Below are positions 28,740 through 38,277 of a stretch of 52,405 bases of DNA, one piece after another. The stretch's first letter is position 1. The number at the start of each line of letters is the position of its first letter. Source of the stretch: a virus. The translations under genes and the position numbers were made by a program. The notes under the pieces are model-generated. The model ran no database searches and was not told the origin of the DNA. It saw nothing but the letters and a program-made list of their open reading frames with translations. The DNA lies in the IMG/VR virus record IMGVR_UViG_3300044712_002679, positions 1 to 52,405 of that record; one strand, 5' to 3'.

Positions 28740-29636
28740 TTATATTTCCATATAAGTGAAAATGTGTTTTATCACATTTATTGTCCAACCATTACCAATC
28801 ATTCTATATCGTTGTGTATTACTTACACCTTCGGTATAATTATCCGGCAACGTTTGTAATCTTTCACATTCTAAAGGAGTTAATCTTCTAATGTGTTCAT
28901 TTTTAAATTTTCCTGTCTTTAAACATAAATCAACATAACTAATATTTTTACAAAAATCTCTATTAAGATTAATATAAACATTATATGGCATACCTTTATG
29001 ATATACTGTCGTTAAGCAATTAGCTTTAACTGTATCCAGGTAATTGATGAATCTTCTATTTATGGGATTTCGATCCAAATAAGGAATCGCTTTTTCTGAA
29101 TAATAATATTTTTCTTCTACGACTTCTTCTAAAACACTATTAAATACTATATTATTATCTATTGGTAAGTCTGTAACAGGTATATTAGTCCAATATAATC
29201 TAGGTCTATTTTGACCACTTACTATGTTGCTATTTATTTTTAATGGTTCGACACCCATATATTCAGATATGATATCTTCCCATTCTTTTTTCATCCTAAC
29301 ATTTTCTAAAAGAAAATATTTTGGTTTTACTTCTTTCAATATTCTAACAAAATCAAAGAATAATTTACTTCTTGGATCTTCAAAATTCAATCCTTTTCCT
29401 GATCGACTAAATCCTTGACATGGTGAACCACCTATAAGTAAATCTATTTTTGGTAAATTTGAACCATCAATTTTAACAACATCACCTAATTGTATGGTAT
29501 TTGGGTGATTTTTTTGGGTGATTTCTATTGCATGTGTATCTATTTCACTTGCATAATATTTATCTATTTTTATTCCTAAATCATTTAATGCAACTTGTCC
29601 GCAAGATACACCGTCAAAAAGACTCAATACAACCAT
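28740..29636 (-). CDS. DNA cytosine-C5 methyltransferase
   Basis: SLFDG, GGSPCQ, LLENV, QNRPR, RLTPLECERLQ, GNGW. Confidence 0.93.
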   Translation of the reverse strand: MVVLSLFDGVSCGQVALNDLGIKIDKYYASEIDTHAIEITQKNHPNTIQLGDVVKIDGSNLPKIDLLIGGSPCQGFSRSGKGLNFEDPRSKLFFDFVRILKEVKPKYFLLENVRMKKEWEDIISEYMGVEPLKINSNIVSGQNRPRLYWTNIPVTDLPIDNNIVFNSVLEEVVEEKYYYSEKAIPYLDRNPINRRFINYLDTVKANCLTTVYHKGMPYNVYINLNRDFCKNISYVDLCLKTGKFKNEHIRRLTPLECERLQTLPDNYTEGVSNTQRYRMIGNGWTINVIKHIFTYMEI

Positions 29637-29657
29637 TTATCATAACTTTATTTTTTA

Positions 29658-29686
29658 GTTATAGATAAATATATGATTTAAGTTTA
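29658..29686 (-). promoter_or_regulatory. TAAAC-N18-TATAAC putative phage (middle) promoter
   Basis: Same spacing at four loci. Confidence 0.6.
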
Positions 29687-29691
29687 AACAT

Positions 29692-29940
29692 TTATTGAAC
29701 ATTATTGGCTTCTACTGTTATTTTAATGTCTTTTAATTTTTTACTTGTATTTATTCTTTTTTTCAATAACTTAAATTGATTCATTGTTGTTTTTTCATAT
29801 TGTAGATATAAATAACAAGGTGAATATTTACTATAATTACCTTCTATCATTCCTAATTTATCAGCAATTTTTCTTATTATGAAATCAATATCTATCCCAC
29901 CATTCCACCATTCGATATTATGTTTTATATTTATATCCAT
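29692..29940 (-). CDS. Hypothetical protein
   Basis: 82-aa ORF overlapping the MTase stop. Confidence 0.6.
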   Translation of the reverse strand: MDINIKHNIEWWNGGIDIDFIIRKIADKLGMIEGNYSKYSPCYLYLQYEKTTMNQFKLLKKRINTSKKLKDIKITVEANNVQ

Positions 29941-30878
29941 ATCATATGTGATAAAATATGCACAATCACATCAATAGTCCAACCATTACCCAACATACCA
30001 ACACTTTCATTATAAGTCGCAGCCTTAGTGTAACCTATTGGTACAGTTTGACTAATTTCAGCTTCAGTTCTTGTGATATAACGAAATCCATATTCGGTTT
30101 TAACAACTAATGAATCTGTTGCTTTTTTATATTGTGTTTTTAATATAGCTTGTAATTTTTTTGGTTTCTTAGAAGTAGAATCAAAAATTCTAACTCTTGG
30201 ATTAGTAATAGTTTCAGCTTTTTTAAACTTATTTAAACCCCTTTCTGATACTAATACAATTTTTAATTCTTCATCAGATAAATCTTTTTGATAAATATCA
30301 TTAAAATAAATATTTTTATCTTCGGGTAATTCAATATCTGGAATGTTTGTCCAATATAATCGTTCTCTATTTTGACAACTCACTAATGAACTATTAATCA
30401 AAATTGGTTTAACACCTAATGCTTTGGTTATAATATCTTTATATTCTTGTTTCATATTAGCAACATTTTCCAACATCCAATATTTAGGATTAAGAACCTT
30501 TAGTGCATAAACAAATTCCCAAAATAAATATGATTGACCCACAAATTTACAACCTTCATTTTTAAGTTTTAAATATAATTCAAGTGAATCTATTATAATA
30601 TTATCTTCAGTTGACATACCATCCTGTTTACCAGCTAAACTAAAATCTTGACACGGTGATCCAGCAATAAGTAAATATATTGGTGGGTAGTCTGACCACA
30701 TTATTTTAGTCACATCCCCCAATTGTATAGTATTAGGATAATTATCTTGTGTCACTTTAATTGCAGCTTTATCTATTTCAGATGCGAAATATTTATAATT
30801 TTTAATACCCAATTCATTTAACGCAATCTGACCACATGACATTCCGTCGAATAAGCTTACTACATATAATTCTTCCAT
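29931..30878 (-). CDS. DNA cytosine-C5 methyltransferase
   Basis: SLFDG, AGSPCQ, MLENV, QNRER, GNGW. TAnnTTTG at 30902-30909. Confidence 0.93.
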   Translation of the reverse strand: MEELYVVSLFDGMSCGQIALNELGIKNYKYFASEIDKAAIKVTQDNYPNTIQLGDVTKIMWSDYPPIYLLIAGSPCQDFSLAGKQDGMSTEDNIIIDSLELYLKLKNEGCKFVGQSYLFWEFVYALKVLNPKYWMLENVANMKQEYKDIITKALGVKPILINSSLVSCQNRERLYWTNIPDIELPEDKNIYFNDIYQKDLSDEELKIVLVSERGLNKFKKAETITNPRVRIFDSTSKKPKKLQAILKTQYKKATDSLVVKTEYGFRYITRTEAEISQTVPIGYTKAATYNESVGMLGNGWTIDVIVHILSHMIWI

Positions 30879-30917
30879 TATAAAAATAATTTAAATTTGA
30901 GCAAATATACAATTTTT

Positions 30918-31919
30918 TTAATCATTGCAAAATTTATTTAAAAATCTAATACATTTTTTAAAAATTTTTTCGGGATTATCTTTATATTCTTTTTCCCACA
31001 CAATTAAACATTTATATCCACGTTTTTTTATTGCATTAATCTTTTTTTTATCTTTCAATTTCATTTCTTTCATAGATAATGAACTATGTGGATTTATCCA
31101 ATCATTTTCATATATACTAGGATTACCATGCCAATAATTACCATTAAATTCAATACACTTCTTTTTTTCACTATCGACAAAATCATAACAATATAAGATA
31201 TTTTCATCTGACATTATAGTAAATTCCTTAGTCTTTGGTCGAAAATATATATGATCTGATGATGATATTTTTTCATATAACAAAGTAAAAAATGATTCTG
31301 CTATTGCTGATGTGTGACTTGTAGTATAAATTTTTGTTGCTTTTGTTTCTTTTATTTTATTAATAACATCAATATTCATAAATGGATTATAGACTCCATA
31401 TCTTATCAAACAAGTATCTTTAACTTTTTGTTTTATTTTATCTGACTGTCCAACATTTTCAACCCCATATTTTTTTAAATTTGTTTTTTTTATTTTTTCT
31501 ATCGTTTCTGGCAATAATGATATATATTTTACACCATATTTTTCTTCAACACCATCCCATATTTTCTGTCTAATTGATGATTCCTTTAATGTATGATATT
31601 CACATCCATATTTTTCTAAACAAGTAGATTTTGTTTGTTCTATATATCCCTTAGCAAATCTATTTTCGTGGGCATTTCTTAATGGTATATTATATTCGAG
31701 TAATTTTTTATGTACTTGTCTAGGCTTTTTAAACCCTATTTCTTTTGATATTTGTCGTATAGATTTTTCTTTTATAATATATTCATCATATAAAAAATCA
31801 AATGTTAATTTAGATTCTAAATTAATAATACATTTTTTATAATTTTTACAAATTCTTAAATGATTAACTAATGCACCATCAAAAACAGAACCACAAAATT
31901 CACAATATTTTTCATCCAT
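30918..31919 (-). CDS. Free-standing putative homing endonuclease: T(C/N)LxKYG repeats plus Vsr/PD-(D/E)XK-like domain
   Basis: TCLEKYG, TNLKKYG, TCLIRYG, YDF...IEFNGNYWH, GYKCLIVWE. Confidence 0.75.
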   Translation of the reverse strand: MDEKYCEFCGSVFDGALVNHLRICKNYKKCIINLESKLTFDFLYDEYIIKEKSIRQISKEIGFKKPRQVHKKLLEYNIPLRNAHENRFAKGYIEQTKSTCLEKYGCEYHTLKESSIRQKIWDGVEEKYGVKYISLLPETIEKIKKTNLKKYGVENVGQSDKIKQKVKDTCLIRYGVYNPFMNIDVINKIKETKATKIYTTSHTSAIAESFFTLLYEKISSSDHIYFRPKTKEFTIMSDENILYCYDFVDSEKKKCIEFNGNYWHGNPSIYENDWINPHSSLSMKEMKLKDKKKINAIKKRGYKCLIVWEKEYKDNPEKIFKKCIRFLNKFCND

Positions 31920-31988
31920 AATTTTTTTTATTTGTATATATAAATAAAAAATACAGGAATTATGTTCTTTGATGATAATATAAAATAA

Positions 31989-32020
31989 AAAAGATTCAAT
32001 ATATTAATATTGAATCTTTT
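31989..32020 (-). terminator. AT-rich hairpin downstream of the PARP gene
   Basis: aaaagattcaatat-atta-atattgaatctttt. Confidence 0.6.
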
Positions 32021-32042
32021 CTAATACAAAAATATAATTATT

Positions 32043-33245
32043 TTAATTTTTTATTTCCAAAAAATATTTTATCGTACATCTGTTTCCATTATAAATTGTA
32101 AATTCATCATTTCGTAAATCCGCACCACCATGTGCATATACAGAATTATGTGGTGCAATATTTTTTTCATTATAATGATAACATTCTGATGAATGTCTAT
32201 AAACGTGTTTTTGATCACCTAGGTTAACTGAAAATAATGCCAAATATGCTTTATTAGAATTTCCACCTGCCCAATATGATCCATTCAGTGATGTATATCC
32301 AATTGATTTACGTGCCTTATTAGCGAAATAGATGGCATCACCAAACATAGAACCCGAATATACTGATCCTGAAGGTCTTATCAACAAACCAGTTTGTAAA
32401 ATATTGAAAAAGTTTTGATTTCTTGATCCATGCCAAAACAATTCTTCATTTTTAATATCAACAGTCTTATATTTCTTTTCAGTTTTATAATTTACAACTT
32501 CGAACAAACGAGAAAATTTATCAGAAGAATCACCCATCAATCGTTTAACTTTAGCAATTACATTTGGATCATCAACATGAGTTACTGATATACCCATTTG
32601 ATCTAAAATTCCAATTTTCTTATCGTTGTTTTTATCTTCTTTAACTGGTTCTTGAATTAAAACCTGACCTGCAAGTGAGTCAAGAATTGATTGTTCACTA
32701 TCAATTATTTTAGCAACACGATCCTTTGAATCACCATCACTAACTAAATAATCTTGAACATGACCCATTTTACGAGGAATGACAGTGAACAATTTAAGCA
32801 AAAGCCTATTCAAATCTTCTTTGGTGTACTTTGAATTATAAACTTTTGCAATTTCATCAACGATGGTCTGAGCTTCATCAATCATTTTTTGGGTAACATT
32901 CTTGGTCGAAACTTTATAGTTTTCTTTAACGGTATTGTTAGCATACCGTTGTAAATCTTCAATTAATTGTTTAACCCATTTATCATTCGAAATGAATGTT
33001 TCGTTGACTGTTGTTGATGTAGTATCAACTTCTTCATATAAATGTGTAACATCTTTGTATCCTTTGTTGGTTTTTTCTCGGTATTTTTTATCCCAATCTC
33101 TCATACTATAAGATGCATGTTGTATTGTAGAATCAACACGACCATAATCAACTTTAAATGTTTGACCATCAGGATTTTCAACCATTGTGTAAAATTTATT
33201 GTTGTTAATGTCGGTAACCATAATAAGTTTAGCAATTTTTCCCAT
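32043..33245 (-). CDS. Poly(ADP-ribose) polymerase-like protein (WGR, regulatory and catalytic domains)
   Basis: NNNKFY..YGRV, FTVIPR, WHGSR, GSMFGDAIYFA, SIGY, RNDEFTIY (H-Y-E). Start revised to MGKIAK (TAnnTTTG at 33271-33278). Confidence 0.9.
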   Translation of the reverse strand: MGKIAKLIMVTDINNNKFYTMVENPDGQTFKVDYGRVDSTIQHASYSMRDWDKKYREKTNKGYKDVTHLYEEVDTTSTTVNETFISNDKWVKQLIEDLQRYANNTVKENYKVSTKNVTQKMIDEAQTIVDEIAKVYNSKYTKEDLNRLLLKLFTVIPRKMGHVQDYLVSDGDSKDRVAKIIDSEQSILDSLAGQVLIQEPVKEDKNNDKKIGILDQMGISVTHVDDPNVIAKVKRLMGDSSDKFSRLFEVVNYKTEKKYKTVDIKNEELFWHGSRNQNFFNILQTGLLIRPSGSVYSGSMFGDAIYFANKARKSIGYTSLNGSYWAGGNSNKAYLALFSVNLGDQKHVYRHSSECYHYNEKNIAPHNSVYAHGGADLRNDEFTIYNGNRCTIKYFLEIKN

Positions 33246-33304
33246 AAAATTTATTTTTTTAATTATGCTACAAATATAATAAAAATAAAATAAAAACAAA
33301 AATA

Positions 33305-33607
33305 TTAAGCATATTTTTTAATATACTTATATAATATTTCTAGTTGTTCATTCGTTAACAACGATCCAACTTCATCTGAATTTTCAAAAATTTTAACATT
33401 AAGATCAGCAAAATAAAATTTACGATTTGTGTATGATGGTGTAAAATAATCACCCACATTTGTATTAAAGGTATATTCAATTTTCCCTGTTACAAAAATC
33501 AATTTTTCATCAACACTAAATTCGTGTTCATCTAATACTATATTATCACCAACATAATTATCAAGACCCACTAATATTTCTGCTAAATTCTTTAACGTAT
33601 TTTCCAT
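33305..33607 (-). CDS. Hypothetical early protein
   Basis: 100-aa ORF, TAnnTTTG at 33641-33648. Confidence 0.7.
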   Translation of the reverse strand: MENTLKNLAEILVGLDNYVGDNIVLDEHEFSVDEKLIFVTGKIEYTFNTNVGDYFTPSYTNRKFYFADLNVKIFENSDEVGSLLTNEQLEILYKYIKKYA

Positions 33608-33682
33608 AAATATTGATTTAATTGCTGATTAATTACTCAACAAAGATAATCATAATTTTCGAAATATCAAAATTTTAAAACA

Positions 33683-33710
33683 AAAAAAGCAACCAAATGA
33701 TTGCTTTTTT
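33683..33710 (-). terminator. Intrinsic terminator
   Basis: Minus strand aaaaaagcaatc-attt-ggttgctttttt. Confidence 0.75.
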
Positions 33711-33739
33711 CAAAATATATGACAAGAAAAAACTAAAAC

Positions 33740-34342
33740 TTACTTTGTTTCTTTGAGCATCAACACAGGTGAAATATCGCTGATAAGTTCTTCGACGTTA
33801 CCGTTACCTGAAATAAATGCTTGGTCAATTGCATTTGCGGTGATATTGTATGTAACTTTTTGTACAAATAATTGTTCTTTTTCGGCTTCTGTCAAAAAAT
33901 CAGCATTTGAAAATAATTCTTCGAATTTGTCAGCATACTTTTCCAAAAGGGCATTGTCCATAATGACTTCATTCTTTTCTTCAACGAAAGTATCACCATA
34001 TTTTTCCCTGAGTTCAGTGGCACGATCTTCATCAACAGAACCAGTATATTTTTTCACAACCATAAACATCACCCTGTCACCCTTATCGCTTTCGATCTTG
34101 ATGCTTTCTGGATTTTTCTTACCAGCTACATACAATTTGATGTATTCTTCGAGTGATTGTGCTTTAATTTCACCTTCAATCGCTTTTTGCTGACCTGTCA
34201 AGGTTTTGATCTGATCTTTGATACTTACAAACTTTTGTAACATATCAGCAAATGTATCACCTGTAACTTTTGCAATTGCATGATTATCTTTCTTTGCTGC
34301 GGTTTCCTTAACTGCTACGACTTTCTTTCCAAATACTGCCAT
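33740..34342 (-). CDS. Hypothetical early protein in a monocistronic unit
   Basis: 200-aa ORF with its own promoter (34390-34397) and terminator. Confidence 0.8.
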   Translation of the reverse strand: MAVFGKKVVAVKETAAKKDNHAIAKVTGDTFADMLQKFVSIKDQIKTLTGQQKAIEGEIKAQSLEEYIKLYVAGKKNPESIKIESDKGDRVMFMVVKKYTGSVDEDRATELREKYGDTFVEEKNEVIMDNALLEKYADKFEELFSNADFLTEAEKEQLFVQKVTYNITANAIDQAFISGNGNVEELISDISPVLMLKETK

Positions 34343-34428
34343 GATTCTTACTTTTAGTTGTTATTAATGTTTCTTTAAATTTGACCCAACAAAGATACGC
34401 AACTTTTTTTAATCTACCAAATATATTA

Positions 34429-34935
34429 TCAATTATTTTTCAACATATCATCTTTTTTTGTGGTTTTATTATTGATGATGATATCTATTGCGTTTTTTGC
34501 AATTTCAATTGATTGGGCATCAAATAAAAAAGTTTTATGATAATTAACTTCGACAACTTCATTAACACCATAGATTAAAATTTTATATCCATTATATTTG
34601 ATTTTTTTCGTGTGTTTTGGAAACATTAAATTGATTGCATTTTTTGCAGATTCAATAGTCATCGAATTAAAAACAAACTTCCAAGATAAATTATATATTT
34701 CAACCTTTACACCACCATCCCATTCAACAAGTCTAAATCCTTTATAAATATTATCTGGATTTTGACTAACCGAACTAACACATTTAACATTCATTAAATT
34801 TATTAATTCTTTTGCAGAATCTAATGATGATGATCCAAATAAAAAAATCCAAGCTGAACCATCGAAAGTTTCAACCTTCACTTTATTTTCAAACCAATCT
34901 GTAATTTTGAATCCGTTGTGAAATGTATAAATCAT
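34429..34935 (-). CDS. Hypothetical protein with three internal repeats
   Basis: HNGFKI/YKGFRL/YNGYKI ... SAKELIN/SAKNAIN/IAKNAID. Confidence 0.75.
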   Translation of the reverse strand: MIYTFHNGFKITDWFENKVKVETFDGSAWIFLFGSSSLDSAKELINLMNVKCVSSVSQNPDNIYKGFRLVEWDGGVKVEIYNLSWKFVFNSMTIESAKNAINLMFPKHTKKIKYNGYKILIYGVNEVVEVNYHKTFLFDAQSIEIAKNAIDIIINNKTTKKDDMLKNN

Positions 34936-34936
34936 A

Positions 34937-35575
34937 TTATTGTTGTTTTAAATGATGATACAAAGATACGAAAAATTTTTTAATTAATATACTTTTTTTG
35001 TATATTTTTTCATATTTAGTATACTTTTGTATCAAAAAAACTTCAAAATGATCTTTAGAATAATAACCAGATTTTTTGGGAATTTCAGCTAATGATAAAT
35101 TAATTCTTTCACCACAAAAACCTGCTACACCTTCAGCACGAAGTTTAACTGATTCTTTTATTAATGCTGATTTCCAATCCCTAACAGAACTCTTATACCA
35201 ATAACCATATGATGCGAGTATCATATTTGGTTTAATATCTAAATGATGCCATATAACATCATCATTTTTTACAACAAATTTATGAATACTTTTTTTATAT
35301 CGTTTTTTACGCACTTTTTCATATTCTTTCCAATCAAAATCAATTGGATTATTTTCACGTTTTAATTTTTTTGGAATTGATAGTACATCTGGTTGTGTTT
35401 TTTCTAATGATCCGACTAAAAATAATTCTTGAAACCGTATTGGCATAGCATAAAAACCATATGGTGCAGGTGGTGCATGAAAAGAATCTGAATGAAAATC
35501 TTTTGAATATCCTTCTTGTTTGGTTAGATGTAATCTACCATATCTAATAAAAGTATTATCAATATCAGTTTTCAT
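34937..35575 (-). CDS. Hypothetical early protein, C-terminus possibly frameshifted
   Basis: 212-aa ORF, TAnnTTTG at 35590-35597. Confidence 0.7.
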   Translation of the reverse strand: MKTDIDNTFIRYGRLHLTKQEGYSKDFHSDSFHAPPAPYGFYAMPIRFQELFLVGSLEKTQPDVLSIPKKLKRENNPIDFDWKEYEKVRKKRYKKSIHKFVVKNDDVIWHHLDIKPNMILASYGYWYKSSVRDWKSALIKESVKLRAEGVAGFCGERINLSLAEIPKKSGYYSKDHFEVFLIQKYTKYEKIYKKSILIKKFFVSLYHHLKQQ

Positions 35576-35606
35576 TTAGAAAATTTTTGCAAAGATAATA
35601 AAATAT

Positions 35607-36088
35607 TTAATTGTCTTGTAGTATTGTACAAAAAATATCTACCCGTTTTTTAAAAATATCTAATGTTGAATTGTTCATAATAATATAATCACAAGAATTC
35701 CACATATTAATATCAAATGATTCCACATTTTCTTCTGGTTTACTTGGATCATAAACACCAACAATTATATCAAATATATGTTGATTGATACATTCTTGTA
35801 ATTCAGAATTACTTCGCATACCAACATATATATCATAAATTTCGCTTCATCCAAATGATTATAATATCTAATCATGTCATACCATTCTATTCTATGATTA
35901 ATTCTATCTTCAAAGCATTCCAAGACATTAGTATAATTATATTTATCTTTTAACTTTTCATATATGAAAAATTCTGCACAAGCCATTGATGAACTTCGAT
36001 ATGACATACCAATTTTTTCATATATAAATTCTGCTAATGTATCTTTACCGTGTCTAGCGTGACCAATTATTAAAACTTTTTTATTCAT
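35607..36088 (-). pseudogene. Deoxynucleoside-monophosphate kinase-like gene split by a frameshift near 35835
   Basis: P-loop IIGHARHGKDT in 35765..36088. Continuation YDIYVGMR...DYIIMNNSTL is in another frame. Confidence 0.7.
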
Positions 36089-36111
36089 AAATTTTTTTTA
36101 ATTTATCGAAA

Positions 36112-37671
36112 TTACAATTTAATTTTTAATTCATCGAATGGATATTTTTGTTTTTTGTAAATATCATCCCTTCGTGATTCATATTGTCGCCATAATGTAG
36201 TTTTAAATGTGTCGTGAAAAATATCAACAATATCAAAAACAATAAGTTTATTTTTTTCTGAATGTAATCTAAGCCCCCTACCAATTGATTGTCTTATAAC
36301 TTGATCACTCTTAAATGCTTGTGAAAATATTATATTTGTTATCGCTTTTATATTAACCCCTGTTGATGTTGTTCCAAAAGATGCAACTAATATTTTTGGA
36401 TTACCAGAGGTATCTTCCATTTTATTCTTAATATAATCTCTTTTTTCCATTGGTGTTTCACCATCAATAAAAAAAACATCCTTTTTTTGACAATTATCTT
36501 TTAAAAAGTTAAAAAGGTCTGTGCCATATTCAATATTATGAAATAATATAAGTGAATTTGTAGAAAACTTATCAACTAAATTTTTTATAAATGTTTTTCG
36601 CTTGGCTGAATTAGCAACATATTCTTTTTCTAATAACCAAGCTTTTTGACCATCACCTCTTTTTTTAATATTATATACACCTTCAGCAAACTTATGATTA
36701 TCGTGGTGTAACAATATTACTTTTATTTTAACAGTTGATATTAATCCCTTATCCATTAACTTTTTTGCACTAATGTTGATTAATTTTGGACCCAACAACG
36801 ATTGAATTGTTAATATTTCAACTGATGTAGGCGATGGATATGTACCACTCATACCAAATCTAATTTTTGCACTTCCAAAAGTTTTTGTTAAAATATTTAT
36901 AAGTGTTTGAGCTTTAGCGGTATGTGCTTCATCAGCAGCAACAACTTCAAATTGTTTAAACCATTCTTTAGGGTATTTTTCTAAACTTTGATAAGTTCCA
37001 ATATAAACATTTGGTTTTTTTTCTTCATCTCGATATTTTCTTGGTTTATCTGACATCACTTCATCTATACGAATATCACAAGGTGTTAAATTTTCACTAT
37101 TAAACCCATAATTATAATCACCTAAATCATTATAAAACTGAGTAACCAATGATATATTTGGAACAATTAATAAAAATTTTGCATTAGGATTAACATTTTT
37201 TAAATAATAAAAAAGAAGAGTACCAAAAACTAGCGATTTACCACCAGCTGTTGCAATTTCAACAATACCATATTGATATTTCAATAATTGAAAAATCGCT
37301 TCCACCTGGTGTTCATATGGAATAAATGGTTTACCATCTGATGTTTTATGATCTTTATAAAAGTTTTCTATGAATTCTTGAAGTTTTTCTTGTGTTATAT
37401 TTTTATTCATAGGAAATTGATCTTTATTTTCTATGATAAATTGATATCCATAAGTTTTACAACATTGATACACTTCTTGCCACAAACCAAAATCTATAAA
37501 CCCGTCTTTAAAATAATCTATATTTCCATCCCATACACCTAATTTCACTCGTTTCATAAAACGATAATTATTTACCTTTCGTGTTAAATATAGTTTAAGT
37601 TGATTATATTCCCCCTTTGTTGATTCTATTAATATTAATTTTGTATTATCTGGGTTTAATTTAAATTTCAT
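36112..37671 (-). CDS. uvsW: UvsW-like SF2 DNA helicase
   Basis: WDGNIDYF, ATAGGKS, DEAH, GMSGT, QSIGRGLR. Confidence 0.88.
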   Translation of the reverse strand: MKFKLNPDNTKLILIESTKGEYNQLKLYLTRKVNNYRFMKRVKLGVWDGNIDYFKDGFIDFGLWQEVYQCCKTYGYQFIIENKDQFPMNKNITQEKLQEFIENFYKDHKTSDGKPFIPYEHQVEAIFQLLKYQYGIVEIATAGGKSLVFGTLLFYYLKNVNPNAKFLLIVPNISLVTQFYNDLGDYNYGFNSENLTPCDIRIDEVMSDKPRKYRDEEKKPNVYIGTYQSLEKYPKEWFKQFEVVAADEAHTAKAQTLINILTKTFGSAKIRFGMSGTYPSPTSVEILTIQSLLGPKLINISAKKLMDKGLISTVKIKVILLHHDNHKFAEGVYNIKKRGDGQKAWLLEKEYVANSAKRKTFIKNLVDKFSTNSLILFHNIEYGTDLFNFLKDNCQKKDVFFIDGETPMEKRDYIKNKMEDTSGNPKILVASFGTTSTGVNIKAITNIIFSQAFKSDQVIRQSIGRGLRLHSEKNKLIVFDIVDIFHDTFKTTLWRQYESRRDDIYKKQKYPFDELKIKL

Positions 37672-37731
37672 TAATTTTTTATATTTTTTTCTTCCTCATA
37701 TATTTTAAATGGGTTCTACACATCATAATCA

Positions 37732-38226
37732 TTATCTATATCCACCTAAAATATTAGCGAGTTCTATTTTACTTTTAACTGCATAATTTATTGATTCTAA
37801 ATTTTTGCTAGTATCCCTCAATAAATTAACGTGTTCATCCATTTCATCTATAAATTCTTGATATGCTGCTAAATCTGCATTTATTAATTTTACTTTTTCC
37901 GATCCAGATGTTTTAACTTGATATGATAATGCATAAAATTCAAATCTCTGTTTTTCAAGAACTTTCATTTTTTGCATGAGTTTATGAATTTTAACTGCAT
38001 ATACTTTAACTTCATCAACAACATCTTGTCTAAAACTGATGGCTTCTGCTTGTATATCAGATGCATATTTGATATCACCTTTTAATTTTTCTGTTAAAGT
38101 TTTAACTTTAGCTTTCCACAAATTAGCTGAATCATTCATCTTTTTTGTTTCTACTAATTTTTTCGTTTTATCATCAGTAACCATTACTTGTTCTAATTCT
38201 TGTGTTTTACTTTCACTATCAGACAT
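37732..38226 (-). CDS. UvsY-like recombination mediator
   Basis: Helical protein next to uvsW, C-terminal YAVKSKIE. Confidence 0.5.
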   Translation of the reverse strand: MSDSESKTQELEQVMVTDDKTKKLVETKKMNDSANLWKAKVKTLTEKLKGDIKYASDIQAEAISFRQDVVDEVKVYAVKIHKLMQKMKVLEKQRFEFYALSYQVKTSGSEKVKLINADLAAYQEFIDEMDEHVNLLRDTSKNLESINYAVKSKIELANILGGYR

Positions 38227-38246
38227 AATTATAACATTATTTTTAT

Positions 38247-38275
38247 GTTATATATAAAAAACGATGATTTGTTTA
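38247..38275 (-). promoter_or_regulatory. TAAAC-N18-TATAAC putative phage (middle) promoter
   Basis: Upstream of uvsY/uvsW. Confidence 0.6.
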
Positions 38276-38277
38276 GA

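Noticed and set aside
32043-33245. Eukaryotic or NCLDV origin suggested by PARP and collagen-like repeats
   Set aside because: Bacteroidota promoters, ATGA-coupled operons, intrinsic terminators and uvsW/gp14-like genes indicate a bacteriophage.
33753-34193. 146-aa plus-strand ORF and other short antisense ORFs inside long genes
   Set aside because: Fully antisense to well-supported genes with their own promoters, and no recognisable motifs.
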